From an uncultured virus (IMG/VR IMGVR_UViG_3300018049_001835) (taxonomy: Duplodnaviria; Heunggongvirae; Uroviricota; Caudoviricetes): a stretch of 57,409 nucleotides of DNA. Shown here piece by piece: positions 8,752 to 19,177 of this stretch; position 1 is the stretch's first letter; each line of letters starts with the position of its first letter. The stretch lies in IMG/VR virus record IMGVR_UViG_3300018049_001835; one strand, written 5' to 3'. The translations under genes and the position numbers were made by a program. Under the pieces are notes generated by a model, which ran no database searches, was not told the origin of the DNA, and saw only the letters and a program-made list of their open reading frames with translations.

Positions 8752-9263
8752 TAGGCTAATTCTCCTGCTGGTTCAGGTGTTGCTTCTACGTCGGCTTGCT
8801 GTGGCTCTTGTTGTGCTGTTGCTGGAACAGCAGGTTCAGTAACTTGCTCTTTGTAACCACCGTAAATATCTGCAAGTAAACTCTTAGGCATTTCAATGTT
8901 TACAATCCATATAGGTTTACGATCAAGTTTACCTTTTTTAGTGCCGTCACGCATGTCGCTAGGTTTCTTAATTTTACGGGGTACAATTATATCATCTTTT
9001 TGATAAGAAACTTTGCAATCATAATCTACTAAACGCTTGCCACCCATAGGATCTGGCATGTTGTTCCGATCCCACATAAACTTACAAGATACCCAATGTC
9101 TTGTTATATCAGGACCTTGTAATAATTCACCATCTTGCCAGTTATCATATACATACAGGTCTAGTTCATCTAGCACTCTTTCAAAGTCTTTTAAGATTTG
9201 AAACGCCGAATCGCTATTATATATGTTTTCAACATTTTTTATAATATCTAAAGTATCTTGCAT
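8751..9263 (-). CDS. Hypothetical phage protein
   Basis: 170-aa ORF with GGAGAG SD and ATAAATA at 9283-9289. Confidence 0.7.
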   Translation of the reverse strand: MQDTLDIIKNVENIYNSDSAFQILKDFERVLDELDLYVYDNWQDGELLQGPDITRHWVSCKFMWDRNNMPDPMGGKRLVDYDCKVSYQKDDIIVPRKIKKPSDMRDGTKKGKLDRKPIWIVNIEMPKSLLADIYGGYKEQVTEPAVPATAQQEPQQADVEATPEPAGELA

Positions 9264-9388
9264 TTGTACTCTCCGCTATACTTATTTATCGTATTTAAGA
9301 TCATAACAGACAGTTTTTCTCTGCTGATCAAATGGTAAATACTTTTGTACAATATGTCATTGTACACTATTCCATAGGAGGAAACTTA

Positions 9389-10111
9389 ATGGGAGCAAAA
9401 AGGAAACAGCGTAATAACGCAAATCCAAACTTTCAAAATGTCGTAGACATTAATTTTCACAAAAAACAATCTAAAGAAATACAAATATTACCCAGAAATA
9501 GAAACCAAGAAGCATACGTGTTAAAGTTGCTCGACCAATCAAAAGACATAGTCTTTGGCGTAGGTCCTGCAGGAACAGGCAAAACTCTTTTGGCTGTGCA
9601 AGTTGCTGTAAAACTATTTAAACAAGGCGTAATAGATAAAATAATTGTAACTAGGCCCGCTGTAAGCGCAGACGAAGATCTAGGATTCTTACCAGGTACA
9701 TTAGAACAAAAAATGGCACCTTGGACAAGACCTATCTTTGACGTACTAAGAGACTATTTTAGTGCGAGAGAAATAGAAGGCATGATCGAAGAACAAATTA
9801 TAGAGATTGCGCCTTTAGCATATATGCGTGGTCGAACATTTAAAAGGAGTTTTATATTAGCTGACGAAATGCAAAATACCACACAAAACCAAATGAAAAT
9901 GTTACTTACTAGACTAGGCGAAGGCTCAATGATGGCCGTTACAGGCGACTTAGCACAAGCTGATAGGCTAAAGGACAACGGTTTATTAGATTTTATGAAA
10001 CTGTTGCAAACAAGTAATGTATCTTATTTGGACATAGTCCAGTTCGAACAGGGAGATATAGAAAGACATAAAGCTGTAAAAGAAGTACTCCAAATATATG
10101 GAGACGAATAA
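9389..10111 (+). CDS. phoH: PhoH-family ATPase
   Basis: GPAGTGKT, LGFLPG, YMRGRT, DEMQN and GDLAQ. Start placed at ATG 9389 behind a GGAGG SD. Confidence 0.93.
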   Translation: MGAKRKQRNNANPNFQNVVDINFHKKQSKEIQILPRNRNQEAYVLKLLDQSKDIVFGVGPAGTGKTLLAVQVAVKLFKQGVIDKIIVTRPAVSADEDLGFLPGTLEQKMAPWTRPIFDVLRDYFSAREIEGMIEEQIIEIAPLAYMRGRTFKRSFILADEMQNTTQNQMKMLLTRLGEGSMMAVTGDLAQADRLKDNGLLDFMKLLQTSNVSYLDIVQFEQGDIERHKAVKEVLQIYGDE

Positions 10112-10136
10112 TGAAAGGGGCTTTATGCCCCTTTCA
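10112..10136. terminator. Hairpin between convergent phoH and thyX (probable bidirectional terminator)
   Basis: TGAAAGGGGC-TTTAT-GCCCCTTTCA, a perfect 10-bp stem. Confidence 0.75.
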
Positions 10137-10818
10137 ATTCTTCAGCTAGTGGGAAAATTTTTGCAATAACTTCTGCACAAGCATGAGCAATTTCCATATG
10201 CTCTTTTTGTGTGCCGTTAGCACCTCTTAATTCTATGTAGTGAATCCAGCTACGTAGTGTACCATTCATATACAATCGTGTTTTAGTAAGTCCTTCTGGT
10301 AATACTTTGCGAGCTACTTCTTTTGCAATACCGTTTTCAATAGCCCAATCATAAGCTCGGCCTGCTGTGAATATTACATCCTGTTGTAATTCTTCCCATT
10401 TTACCATAAGTTCAGCCATACCTTCTTGTGCCATATCAAGTTCAATAGAATTTTGTCTGTTTTTATTATCCTGCAACCGAGCTTCACTAGTAATAAAGAC
10501 TTCATCGCCCATTTGTCCCGGCTCTGCATAACGTTGACTAAACTCTTGAAAGGCAAAACTACGATGACGCACAATCTGATGTGCAATATCACGAGTAGTA
10601 TCTATTTCTAAACAAGCATTTACCATCTCAAGCGGTGACCAGTGTGCATGTTTAATTAAATATTTTACAAGTTTTTCACTTGTTTCTGAGTTCATTTGAT
10701 TTGCAGGGTTTGAAACCCTAGCACAAAATGCTACAAGGTCTAATAAATCGTCGCTGTTCATACCTTCAGCAACAAAGTCTTCAGTTGGTTTTGTGTAACT
10801 AACTAGTCGTACGTTCAT
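10123..10818 (-). CDS. thyX: Flavin-dependent thymidylate synthase
   Basis: HWSPLE and RHRSFAFQEFSQRY motifs. Start at ATG 10818 behind GGAGAGG. Confidence 0.95.
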   Translation of the reverse strand: MNVRLVSYTKPTEDFVAEGMNSDDLLDLVAFCARVSNPANQMNSETSEKLVKYLIKHAHWSPLEMVNACLEIDTTRDIAHQIVRHRSFAFQEFSQRYAEPGQMGDEVFITSEARLQDNKNRQNSIELDMAQEGMAELMVKWEELQQDVIFTAGRAYDWAIENGIAKEVARKVLPEGLTKTRLYMNGTLRSWIHYIELRGANGTQKEHMEIAHACAEVIAKIFPLAEELKGA

Positions 10819-10987
10819 TAATTTTATCCTCTCCGTATCTTCCACGATCGCGATTCCCGTCGCTATTAAGTTCAGTTATATCTTGCTGTACTTCTTTATA
10901 ATTCTTTTTACCAAAAATACTATTCCAATTATCAGTCATTTGTTTATCGGAAATGTTTTGGGGCCTACGATTACTGCCTTTACTCAT
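10799..10987 (-). CDS. Hypothetical protein
   Basis: ATGA overlap with the ferredoxin stop. Confidence 0.55.
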   Translation of the reverse strand: MSKGSNRRPQNISDKQMTDNWNSIFGKKNYKEVQQDITELNSDGNRDRGRYGEDKINERTTS

Positions 10988-11331
10988 GTTATGTCCTTAA
11001 CCGGTATAATACCGAATTCTTCGTATTTGTTAGGATACTCATCCCATTCTTTTGCATCTGGTAATGGTTCCTTTTGATCTATTATGTTTATGTTCCAATC
11101 AGAAACACGTCTATTAATTTCATCCCACTTTTCTCTAAGTTCTGGACTAAGCTCTGATTCAGATACTATAGCATTAGCAGGACACTCAGGAACACAAACA
11201 CCACAGTCTATGCATTCATCCGGATTAATTGCTAAAAAGTTTTCTGCTTCATAAAAACAATCTACTGGGCAAACAGCTACGCAATCGGTATGCTTGCATT
11301 TAATACAATTATCTGTAACTAGATAGCTCAT
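10984..11331 (-). CDS. fdxA: 7Fe ([3Fe-4S]+[4Fe-4S]) ferredoxin, FdxA type
   Basis: [18 protein letters not shown] and [12 protein letters not shown], as in Azotobacter-type FdI. Confidence 0.9.
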   Translation of the reverse strand: MSYLVTDNCIKCKHTDCVAVCPVDCFYEAENFLAINPDECIDCGVCVPECPANAIVSESELSPELREKWDEINRRVSDWNINIIDQKEPLPDAKEWDEYPNKYEEFGIIPVKDIT

Positions 11332-11462
11332 TATTTTACCAAACTAGTTAAAATAATAAAACCAAGTACTAACCACATAGTAATACCAATTTTAACTAAT
11401 TGATTAGTTTTCTTTTTACCTGCAATTAATCCTAAAGTTTTTAGATCTTTTTTTACACTCAT
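11331..11462 (-). CDS. Small membrane protein (43 aa)
   Basis: Read by hand: [47 protein letters not shown] and TAATG coupling on both sides. Confidence 0.65.
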   Translation of the reverse strand: MSVKKDLKTLGLIAGKKKTNQLVKIGITMWLVLGFIILTSLVK

Positions 11463-12373
11463 AATCTTGCTAGTCTAATTAGCGTTGCCGCTAAGTTAAT
11501 TTCTGGATCAACGACCAATGTATGATCTACTAACCCCTGCTTAATAATTAGCACAGCTTGGTCTTGTTGCTCCTCAGATCCGAACAACTCAATGTTATCG
11601 TACAACCAACGATAAATTTCTTCCATCTCTTCTGGACGTACAGCACCACAAAGCATTTTACGTGCTTCTTGAATTTTGCCTGCTTTAAACAGTTCGACCA
11701 TGTCTAGTTTCCAATCAGCTTCGCCCGTGTCACCTTCATTAGGCTTTAGCAAACTGTTGTCTTGCACATTCATTTGTACTGTGTTAATACACTTACGCAA
11801 GTCTGGATATGTTGCTTTTACATAGGTATCGAGCGTATCCAAATCAGGAGTAACACCTTCGGTAATAAGGATTTCAGCAACTCTAGCTGTGAACTCAGTT
11901 TGGTCAATTTTAGCAATGTGGAAACCTTGACACCTACTATGCAAAGCGGGTATAATACGATTTGGATAGTTACAAGTAAGAATGAAACGAGAAGTAGTAT
12001 GATACTCTTCCATAACACCACGCAACGCCGCTTGAGCGTTGGGAGATAAGTAGTCAGCCTCATCAAGTAGCACCACCTTAAAGTCCCCAAATGGGATCAT
12101 CTGTACAAAGTTTACAATTTTATCACGAACATCATCTACTGAGTTTGTTCGCGATGCGTTAATTTCTAGTATGTCTAGATCATTTACATCAAGTTCGTTA
12201 AAAAGTAATTTAGCAAGAGTAGTTTTACCAATCCCAGCATTGCCACTAAAAAGCAAGTGCGGAATAGTTTTATCTTTGATCCACTGTTGTACTTGCTTCT
12301 TTTGTGCGTCATCTCTAAATACATAACCATCTACATTTTTTGGACGATATTTTTCTACCCAAAGTTCTTTCAT
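11459..12373 (-). CDS. Sliding-clamp loader subunit (RFC small/T4 gp44-like)
   Basis: WVEKYRP, GNAGIGKT, LDEAD and SRC motifs. Confidence 0.92.
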   Translation of the reverse strand: MKELWVEKYRPKNVDGYVFRDDAQKKQVQQWIKDKTIPHLLFSGNAGIGKTTLAKLLFNELDVNDLDILEINASRTNSVDDVRDKIVNFVQMIPFGDFKVVLLDEADYLSPNAQAALRGVMEEYHTTSRFILTCNYPNRIIPALHSRCQGFHIAKIDQTEFTARVAEILITEGVTPDLDTLDTYVKATYPDLRKCINTVQMNVQDNSLLKPNEGDTGEADWKLDMVELFKAGKIQEARKMLCGAVRPEEMEEIYRWLYDNIELFGSEEQQDQAVLIIKQGLVDHTLVVDPEINLAATLIRLARL

Positions 12374-12906
12374 CGTTTAAGTCCTAATTCTTTATATGCT
12401 AATTGCACACCTCTAGATTGAAAATAAGCATCAGCAAGTGCATTGTGTAAATCACTTTGTCCTAGTAGTTTTCTAGGATCTGTTTCACAACAACCAAACA
12501 GTGTTCTGCTATCTTTAATCTGCCAAAAATTCCAAGGTATAGGTTTTCCAATATTCCTATACATATCTTCAATAATAGTTATGTCAAACCCATAACCATG
12601 GCCCCAAATTGTGTCTACACCTACTGACCATTTGCTAAGTTGCTTCAGTGCTTCTTCAACAGTAATACAGTTTTCTTGATCAAACGCTTCTTCCATTACT
12701 TTAGGATCTTGTTTGCTCCACCATTCAATCGTACTGTCAGATACAGTTCTGCCAAGTTTATCTTGATCGTCTACACAAATTTTAAAGTACATTTCGCTGT
12801 GTGGTTCTGCATCACTGGTAGGATCAAACTTCACGGCACCTAGACTTAAAACTGTGCAACTTGGTCTAGTGTCAAGGGTTTCTAAGTCGATCATGCCATG
12901 AATCAT
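12370..12906 (-). CDS. DEDDh 3'-5' exonuclease (Rv2179c-like)
   Basis: MIDLETL, WGHGYGFD, DSRT and HNALADA. Confidence 0.82.
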   Translation of the reverse strand: MIHGMIDLETLDTRPSCTVLSLGAVKFDPTSDAEPHSEMYFKICVDDQDKLGRTVSDSTIEWWSKQDPKVMEEAFDQENCITVEEALKQLSKWSVGVDTIWGHGYGFDITIIEDMYRNIGKPIPWNFWQIKDSRTLFGCCETDPRKLLGQSDLHNALADAYFQSRGVQLAYKELGLKR

Positions 12907-13070
12907 TAGTTCATTCTCCTATTTTCTTGTCCGATACCTGAAATAATAAGCATGATATAAAGTAGAGGCCATGCCCAGCCTGTGATATACCCAGTAATAT
13001 GCAATACCATAAGACTTACGCCTGTAAGTCCAGTAGTGCCAATACCTGAGCTTTGATTAGGAATCCGCAT
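12906..13070 (-). CDS. Small membrane protein (54 aa)
   Basis: Read by hand: MRIPNQSSGIGTTGLTGVSLMVLHITGYITGWAWPLLYIMLIISGIGQENRRMN. AGGAG SD and TAATG coupling. Confidence 0.7.
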   Translation of the reverse strand: MRIPNQSSGIGTTGLTGVSLMVLHITGYITGWAWPLLYIMLIISGIGQENRRMN

Positions 13071-13099
13071 TAGTTCTCCTTGTAAACTTTTATTGTGTT

Positions 13100-13128
13100 A
13101 GTATACAATATAAATGCGGAGTTGTCAA
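13100..13128 (-). promoter_or_regulatory. Sigma70-type promoter for the exonuclease, clamp loader, fdx and thyX run
   Basis: TTGACA (13128-13123), N17, TATACT (13105-13100). Confidence 0.75.
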
Positions 13129-13136
13129 GTGATTTT

Positions 13137-13490
13137 TTAGATAAATTTAGTAAGTTCTGGCGACTTCCAGCCTTCTGGCTTTAGTACCTTACCATCTTCT
13201 CGTTTGATAACTTTGCCTGTCTCTGGATTAATCTTAGCAAAGTTTGTATCCATTACTTCTTTCCAAGCATCTTGCCCTTTAAAGCCTCCTGCTCGAACGG
13301 CGCCTAATGTAACAACAAGAATGTCAATTAATGCATCTAATTGTTCAACTCTATCATTTTCTGCAATAGCTTCTTCTAGTTCGCCTACTTCTTCTCGAAT
13401 TAAATCAAGATACATTTTGTAGTTTGCTTCGCTCGGTTCTTGATCGCAAGCCGTTGCGAATTTATTAATGTCTTCAAATACGTCTGTCAT
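13137..13490 (-). CDS. MazG-like/PRA-PH NTP pyrophosphohydrolase
   Basis: LIREEVGEL...DALIDILVV...EVMDTNFAK...DGKVLKP. Confidence 0.85.
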   Translation of the reverse strand: MTDVFEDINKFATACDQEPSEANYKMYLDLIREEVGELEEAIAENDRVEQLDALIDILVVTLGAVRAGGFKGQDAWKEVMDTNFAKINPETGKVIKREDGKVLKPEGWKSPELTKFI

Positions 13491-13498
13491 GTTATGCC

Positions 13499-13900
13499 TT
13501 ATTGGTTTATAAATGATCCAGGATCGATTGTTGCAGGACCGTCTGAGTATTCTGCACCGATCTGTACACTTTCTGGTTTTTCATCTGAGTAAGCAAGTAC
13601 AGCGGTTTCTTCAATCATACGAATTTCTCGTTCGCCATCGTCGGTTTCTATTTTCATACCACGTGTCCACCGACCGTGTTCGATTAAAATCCAGTCTCCT
13701 ACCGAATACTCATCTTTGTTGTCAGGGCCTTTAGAATAAACACGAGCCCAGCGAGGATATATTCCTCTAGTTTTACCATCGTCGTTGCCGAGGATAATGC
13801 CACCTTTAGTAACCTGTTCGCCAAAATGCATATCAGTTACTAGTACTCTTTTCCCAATAGCTCTTGGGTTGCCTTTTATTGCATTTATATTTTTAACCAT
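13499..13900 (-). CDS. groES: Co-chaperonin GroES-like protein
   Basis: RVLV...TKGGIIL mobile loop...VGDWIL pattern. Confidence 0.78.
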   Translation of the reverse strand: MVKNINAIKGNPRAIGKRVLVTDMHFGEQVTKGGIILGNDDGKTRGIYPRWARVYSKGPDNKDEYSVGDWILIEHGRWTRGMKIETDDGEREIRMIEETAVLAYSDEKPESVQIGAEYSDGPATIDPGSFINQ

Positions 13901-14313
13901 TAGTCACCTTTTTGCACAAAATTGCCGTCTTCGTCTTCTACCCAACCATCGTCCATTTCTTCAAACTCTTTAAGTTCTGCTTCAGATGGTGTAGCTTCAG
14001 CCTCTTTTTGCTGAGCTCTTGTAGTAGTTTTAGATTTGACAGTTTTTTGAACAACAGGTTCTTCTTTTACAACATCAGATACAGTAACCGCAGGTTCTTC
14101 TGATACAGGCATAGATCCCTTATAGTAATCTTTAATTACTTGTTCACGCTTACGAACAATTTTACCACCTGGGCCAAGCTCATCACCTCGTGCATTTACA
14201 CGAGCATTGCCTACCGCAGGAGTTAATTCATTCTTCTTACGCAACAAATCCATATCAATCTGTTTGCCTTGCATTGTTGTATAGGTCTTTTGACCTTTTT
14301 GTCTCATTGCCAT
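13900..14313 (-). CDS. Hypothetical phage protein
   Basis: AGGAG SD and ATAAATA at 14336-14342. Confidence 0.7.
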   Translation of the reverse strand: MAMRQKGQKTYTTMQGKQIDMDLLRKKNELTPAVGNARVNARGDELGPGGKIVRKREQVIKDYYKGSMPVSEEPAVTVSDVVKEEPVVQKTVKSKTTTRAQQKEAEATPSEAELKEFEEMDDGWVEDEDGNFVQKGD

Positions 14314-14338
14314 AATGCTTCTCCTATTATGTACGTAT

Positions 14339-14896
14339 TTATCTTAAGAACTCTCGCCAATCCAAGTCATATTGGATTGAATTTATCTTATGAACACCTA
14401 TTAAGTATAACACATAACTTGCTACACTTGACCCACGTCCTACACCCCATACAATGTTATTCTCACGCATAAAGTCTACTAGATATACCATATAGCGTAG
14501 TAGGTCATACATACCACGCTCTTTATACGCTTCTAGTTCTTGTTCTACCCGCATCCATTCTGTAGAGTTATATACAAAATCAACTCCGGCGTGTTGTTTT
14601 TCTTCCATTACTTTTGCAAATAACCATTCTTCAATCGCAAGCGATTTATATTCTTCTGGCATAAACCATTCGCCCTGACATACACCGTCAAATGTTTTTT
14701 GATCTACATCTAGTGGAATATACTTTTGCAATGGATTCATACCTTGTTCTTCCATTGCTGTATTAAACTTGTCTATGTCATCGCTAGGATCGCATAAAAC
14801 CACATGAACTTTATCCGCATCTCCATTATAGATCATATCTATAAGATCGCGATTAGAGAATCTTGGTATTCCTAGAGAATCTGTTTTCATAAGCAT
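14339..14896 (-). CDS. dnaE: Stand-alone DNA polymerase III alpha (DnaE) palm-proximal fragment
   Basis: C-terminal WGVGRGSSVASYVLYLIGVHKINSIQYDLDWREFLR matches the DnaE GxGRGS...L.FERFL motif. Only 185 aa. Confidence 0.78.
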   Translation of the reverse strand: MLMKTDSLGIPRFSNRDLIDMIYNGDADKVHVVLCDPSDDIDKFNTAMEEQGMNPLQKYIPLDVDQKTFDGVCQGEWFMPEEYKSLAIEEWLFAKVMEEKQHAGVDFVYNSTEWMRVEQELEAYKERGMYDLLRYMVYLVDFMRENNIVWGVGRGSSVASYVLYLIGVHKINSIQYDLDWREFLR

Positions 14897-14902
14897 ATAT
14901 GT

Positions 14903-14931
14903 ATTTTAACTGATATTAATCAGATTGTCAA
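14903..14931 (-). promoter_or_regulatory. Sigma70-type promoter positioned for a leaderless dnaE-fragment mRNA
   Basis: TTGACA (14931-14926), N17, TAAAAT (14908-14903). The ATG begins at 14896. Confidence 0.65.
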
Positions 14932-15139
14932 GTCCATTTTCGCTGTCATCATTTGCTTTTTTCATTGCTTGTGCTCTACGTACAGAAAGTTCTTCTGCAT
15001 ACATATTCATAATGACTTGAATCTGTTCTTGAACAGAGGGGTTTCTTGTTAGCCAGTATTTTCTTCTAAGATCTAGTAACTTTTCTTCAACTTCAGTATC
15101 TGACAATAGAGAAAAGTCGTCAACTAAAGGATTAAACAT
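14906..15139 (-). CDS. Hypothetical protein
   Basis: 77-aa ORF abutting the upstream gene. Confidence 0.65.
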   Translation of the reverse strand: MFNPLVDDFSLLSDTEVEEKLLDLRRKYWLTRNPSVQEQIQVIMNMYAEELSVRRAQAMKKANDDSENGLDNLINIS

Positions 15140-15760
15140 TTACTCAAACTGTCCTAGTACTTTTGCAAAAATAGTGTTACCACCATCGTTAGTCCAAAAT
15201 TCTAAGATAGTTTGATTTGTATCGCTGTCTACATCTATACTAACACTAGTTGCTGTGGTAGAAGACCAAGAGTCAGTAGTTAATTTTTTCATAGTGTAAC
15301 TTCCTTCACTACGGAACGTTACTACTCTAGAAACACCAGGTAAATCTGCAACAAGTTCTATAAGCATTCTTGCATAACCACTAGCAGGCCAGTCTGCTAA
15401 AGTAAGGTCATCGCCACTATCTACATATGCTTGAGTTAGTATTCCTGATTGATAAACCCCGTTAAGATAACTTATATTTGTTGCGTTGTTAATTGCACCT
15501 GCTTCAAACACGCCATCGGCACAATTTTTAAATAATGCTTGTGTTACTTCGTTACCGCCAAAGTTGTTGTCTAGTTCTTCTTGGCTGTCTAACTTATTTT
15601 TTAAAACAGCATTTGCTTGAAGTTCTGTAATTTCTGCTCTTGCCGCTGTAAAGTTTTGTTTAATAATATTGAAATTATCTCTAAAACCTTGACTATCGTT
15701 ATCTACGCCTGCGACAGGAAACGTATCATCAATTGTTGTATCTACTATATTACTGGCCAT
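15140..15760 (-). CDS. Putative virion (baseplate/tail) protein
   Basis: AGVDNDSQGFRDNF N-terminus of structural-module type. AGGAG SD and ATAAATA at 15779-15785. Confidence 0.6.
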   Translation of the reverse strand: MASNIVDTTIDDTFPVAGVDNDSQGFRDNFNIIKQNFTAARAEITELQANAVLKNKLDSQEELDNNFGGNEVTQALFKNCADGVFEAGAINNATNISYLNGVYQSGILTQAYVDSGDDLTLADWPASGYARMLIELVADLPGVSRVVTFRSEGSYTMKKLTTDSWSSTTATSVSIDVDSDTNQTILEFWTNDGGNTIFAKVLGQFE

Positions 15761-15791
15761 TTTGTTCTCCTGGTATATTATTTATCTAGCA

Positions 15792-18700
15792 TTAAACATT
15801 AAAAACATAATTTGGAAAGACAATATATCTTTCTTCTTGAACTCCTGTTGCACTATCTACAACATATCTGTCAACATCGAAGTTAATTGTTTTAAAATCA
15901 AATACTCCGTTATTTAATGCATTTTTTACATTTGTCAGCACCTTTTTCGATTCTCCAGGTTTAACATATGCTAATGGAATTGCTGTAACATAGTCTAGCT
16001 CTTGTATACTTCCATCTTGACCTGTACGCATCCATAAAGGTAAGTATTGTCGTTGACTTTTTCCTATTGCTTCTAATTGTTCACGCATGTTTGTTGTGTT
16101 ACTAATGTACATATTAACTTCGTTAGCATCATTTATAGTAACAGCATCACTATCTGCTTTAATAACGTTTTCTCCACGTTGTCTTAATCTTTGTCTAATA
16201 GGTTCAGCATCACTTAGGTCTACATCTACATGTACTTCTGTACCATCACGTAAGAATACATCAATATCGTCATTGTCAACATTTTGAATTAAGTCACCTT
16301 CTCTAGTGCCGACAGTCATGCCTGCACCTTGATCTAGTATTATTTCACTATCTCTAAAACGTCCGTCAATTTGTACAATATCAAAACCTGTGTCTTGTGC
16401 TGTTTCATCGTCTAATACTTCAAAAGACACAGCATCTGCGGTAATTGCTGGTTGGGGATGACCTATAAAGTTATTTGCAACTTTTCCTTTTTTACTATCT
16501 CTCGGATCCACTATTTCTAAGTAAACTACTTCGTAAACAATATCATTAGATCCTGGTTCTTTTGCAATAGCCGTTTTAATATCACCTATATGATACTGAC
16601 GTCTTTTATGATTCTTTGCTGTTGCTGCTACGTATTCGTCGATATTTTTAGTTTCAATTCCAGCATAGGCAAGCATACTAATTTTTGTTTGTATTCCAAA
16701 GTTAGGATCACTTGGTCTATAAATGCTATTTGTTGGGAATATATCAGGATCACTTACAAAACGTTTATATTCTTTACGTACATTAGGGTCTAACATTGGC
16801 CTAATATACAAGTTACTATAAAGCGTATTGTCTTGATCGATTATGTCTATTATAAATTCACGTTCAACAGCACTGTATCCAAATCTATCTTCTGCTCTAA
16901 TTGTAAACTTATATTGTCTGTCTATTGATGTAGTACCACCGTCTAAACTAAAGTCAGCATTGTCAAATGTTGTTAATCCTAAATTTTCTAGTGTACCAAA
17001 CTGTGTTACTTTACCTATTATTTCGCCTGTATACGCTAATCTAAGCCCGTTTGGCAAACGGCCTTTTATAATACTATAAATTAGTCTAGTATCAGGTACA
17101 TTTGTTTGTGCGGTGACACGTTTGGTGCTAAAGAAATTGGCTGTAATACTTCCAAGGTTAGCAGGAGTAATCCATGTAATTTCACTATCAACTTCTCCTA
17201 ATATTCTTATAGTAAATGTTTTAGGAGTCGAAGGATTATTTACGTCTTCATTTGCATAGGTAAGCAATTCTTTTTCAAAAAAGCCGTCTGCAAATAATGC
17301 AATACTAACTGTCTGTCCTGTTACATAATCTCTACCAATTTCAAGTGGTCTGTCAAAGTATACTAAATCTTTATCTTTATCTAAAAGGGTACGTTTAATA
17401 TCGGCACCTGGGAATATAGTTGTAATCCTAGAAGATTTTGTTAGAGCATTATCAGGCGCCCAAAAAGTAACGCTTCCTGTAGTTGCGCCGGCTTCTACAT
17501 ATACAGGTAATTCATTGCCTTCAAATACTCTTATAATAGTTTCAGTAAATGTTTCTGTTTCACCAATTGGTAATTCAGATGCTCCTGCAGCCTCAAGATT
17601 AATTGTTATACTATTAGTTGGACTTGTAATCTGCCATTTTCTATAACCATATATATTTTGTATTGTATAACTTTCTGTAATTGTATCTCTAATATAATTT
17701 ATTTTTTTATCTTTAAATTGTTGTCTTTCAAATAAATTTAATTTTTCTACAAATATGGATTGTGCTTGAGATACTGAATCTTCGGCAAGTGTAAAACTTA
17801 TGAATGGACGTAGTCCTTCTGTTAATGTAATAATATCAAAGTCTTCGTCTGAACCATCTACTGATTCAACTTTGTAACTACGACCATTTAGTAATAGTGT
17901 TTGGTCTTTTAAATCGTTTAGATCATCAATGCCGTCATTTAGTGTAATGCCGTCTTGAACATTTAACGGAAGTTTAAATACCTTAAATGATCGTTCTCCT
18001 GCAAGAGTATCTTCATAAAATGTACCTGTTACTACAGCATAATCTAAGTCATTTGTATATCTTGTTGCTCTGATAGTAAACTTATAATCTTTAAAACTCT
18101 GAGGTTGGTATGGTATTGTTCCTGTAAGCTCACCGGCAAATACATCTAGTTTTAGTCCCGGCGGCAACACACTTTCTGAGTTATCATTGTTTAATTCGTC
18201 AACACTGTATAAAACATTTCCGTCTAAGGTATCTGAATCATACACATCTAGATATATTGTAGCATTATTGTTAGATTTTTTATATCCTAAATCAGCAGGT
18301 GTTAACCATTTAGGTTGTCGAATATGTGTGTTATCTGCTTTAAATACACCATTAGATACTTTCATAATAGTGTTATCTGCTCTTAGATAATCATCGCCTA
18401 CAACATAAATCTTAAATTTTCTTTTTGGTGGGTTTTCAGTTACACCGTCATTGATAGTAACTTTAAACTCATAAAATCTATTTAATTTCTTTGGAACTTG
18501 CGGATTTGATTGTGTATCGTATCTTACGTTGTCATAATAGAAACTATCAAAGCCTCTATCTGGTTTAATACTAAAATCATTTGGATATGCATCATAAGGT
18601 GCTGTATCAAAGCCGCCCTTTTCAGATTGTTTATCAAGTGCAAGTAAAGGTTCTACAACTCCTTGAATTCTACCTGTTGATGTTAAAGACAAGCCAGGCG

Positions 18701-19145
18701 GTAGGGTGCCCTCCCCCGGTACTATATAGTATTCTAATATTTGCCCTGCGGCTGTGTCTGCATCTAATGCTAAAAATTGGTAATCTATTATTTGGTTATC
18801 TAATACAAATAGGTTTTCATTTGCTCCTATTGGTAGTAGTCCCGGTTGTGTAATCCAAAAAGGTTCGTCTGGTCCTGTTACGTCTATAGTAAATGTTCTA
18901 TCTTCAACAACTGTGCCTAGAGTTGCTCTAAGTACAAATTTAAATGTTTTAGTAATTTCGACTTCAAAAGGTGTACCAACAATTTCTACACCTTCTAATC
19001 TGCATCCAGATGGAAGTTTTCCAGCAATTAAAGTAATATTCGCTTGGTTATCTACAGGTAAAATAAAATCACCTGTTTCTAATTTTACTCTTTCTACAAG
19101 TGTTCTTAGTTTGTAGTTATTTGGTTGTGTCCAGATACTTGCCAT
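15792..19145 (-). CDS. Putative baseplate wedge protein with Ig-like (LPxGLxL) repeats
   Basis: Repeated GxLPxGLxL...G.I.G...F.IRA units; position in the structural module. Confidence 0.65.
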   Translation of the reverse strand: MASIWTQPNNYKLRTLVERVKLETGDFILPVDNQANITLIAGKLPSGCRLEGVEIVGTPFEVEITKTFKFVLRATLGTVVEDRTFTIDVTGPDEPFWITQPGLLPIGANENLFVLDNQIIDYQFLALDADTAAGQILEYYIVPGEGTLPPGLSLTSTGRIQGVVEPLLALDKQSEKGGFDTAPYDAYPNDFSIKPDRGFDSFYYDNVRYDTQSNPQVPKKLNRFYEFKVTINDGVTENPPKRKFKIYVVGDDYLRADNTIMKVSNGVFKADNTHIRQPKWLTPADLGYKKSNNNATIYLDVYDSDTLDGNVLYSVDELNNDNSESVLPPGLKLDVFAGELTGTIPYQPQSFKDYKFTIRATRYTNDLDYAVVTGTFYEDTLAGERSFKVFKLPLNVQDGITLNDGIDDLNDLKDQTLLLNGRSYKVESVDGSDEDFDIITLTEGLRPFISFTLAEDSVSQAQSIFVEKLNLFERQQFKDKKINYIRDTITESYTIQNIYGYRKWQITSPTNSITINLEAAGASELPIGETETFTETIIRVFEGNELPVYVEAGATTGSVTFWAPDNALTKSSRITTIFPGADIKRTLLDKDKDLVYFDRPLEIGRDYVTGQTVSIALFADGFFEKELLTYANEDVNNPSTPKTFTIRILGEVDSEITWITPANLGSITANFFSTKRVTAQTNVPDTRLIYSIIKGRLPNGLRLAYTGEIIGKVTQFGTLENLGLTTFDNADFSLDGGTTSIDRQYKFTIRAEDRFGYSAVEREFIIDIIDQDNTLYSNLYIRPMLDPNVRKEYKRFVSDPDIFPTNSIYRPSDPNFGIQTKISMLAYAGIETKNIDEYVAATAKNHKRRQYHIGDIKTAIAKEPGSNDIVYEVVYLEIVDPRDSKKGKVANNFIGHPQPAITADAVSFEVLDDETAQDTGFDIVQIDGRFRDSEIILDQGAGMTVGTREGDLIQNVDNDDIDVFLRDGTEVHVDVDLSDAEPIRQRLRQRGENVIKADSDAVTINDANEVNMYISNTTNMREQLEAIGKSQRQYLPLWMRTGQDGSIQELDYVTAIPLAYVKPGESKKVLTNVKNALNNGVFDFKTINFDVDRYVVDSATGVQEERYIVFPNYVFNV

Positions 19146-19177
19146 ATAAAATTCCTTACATAGCTATTTATCGGAAT

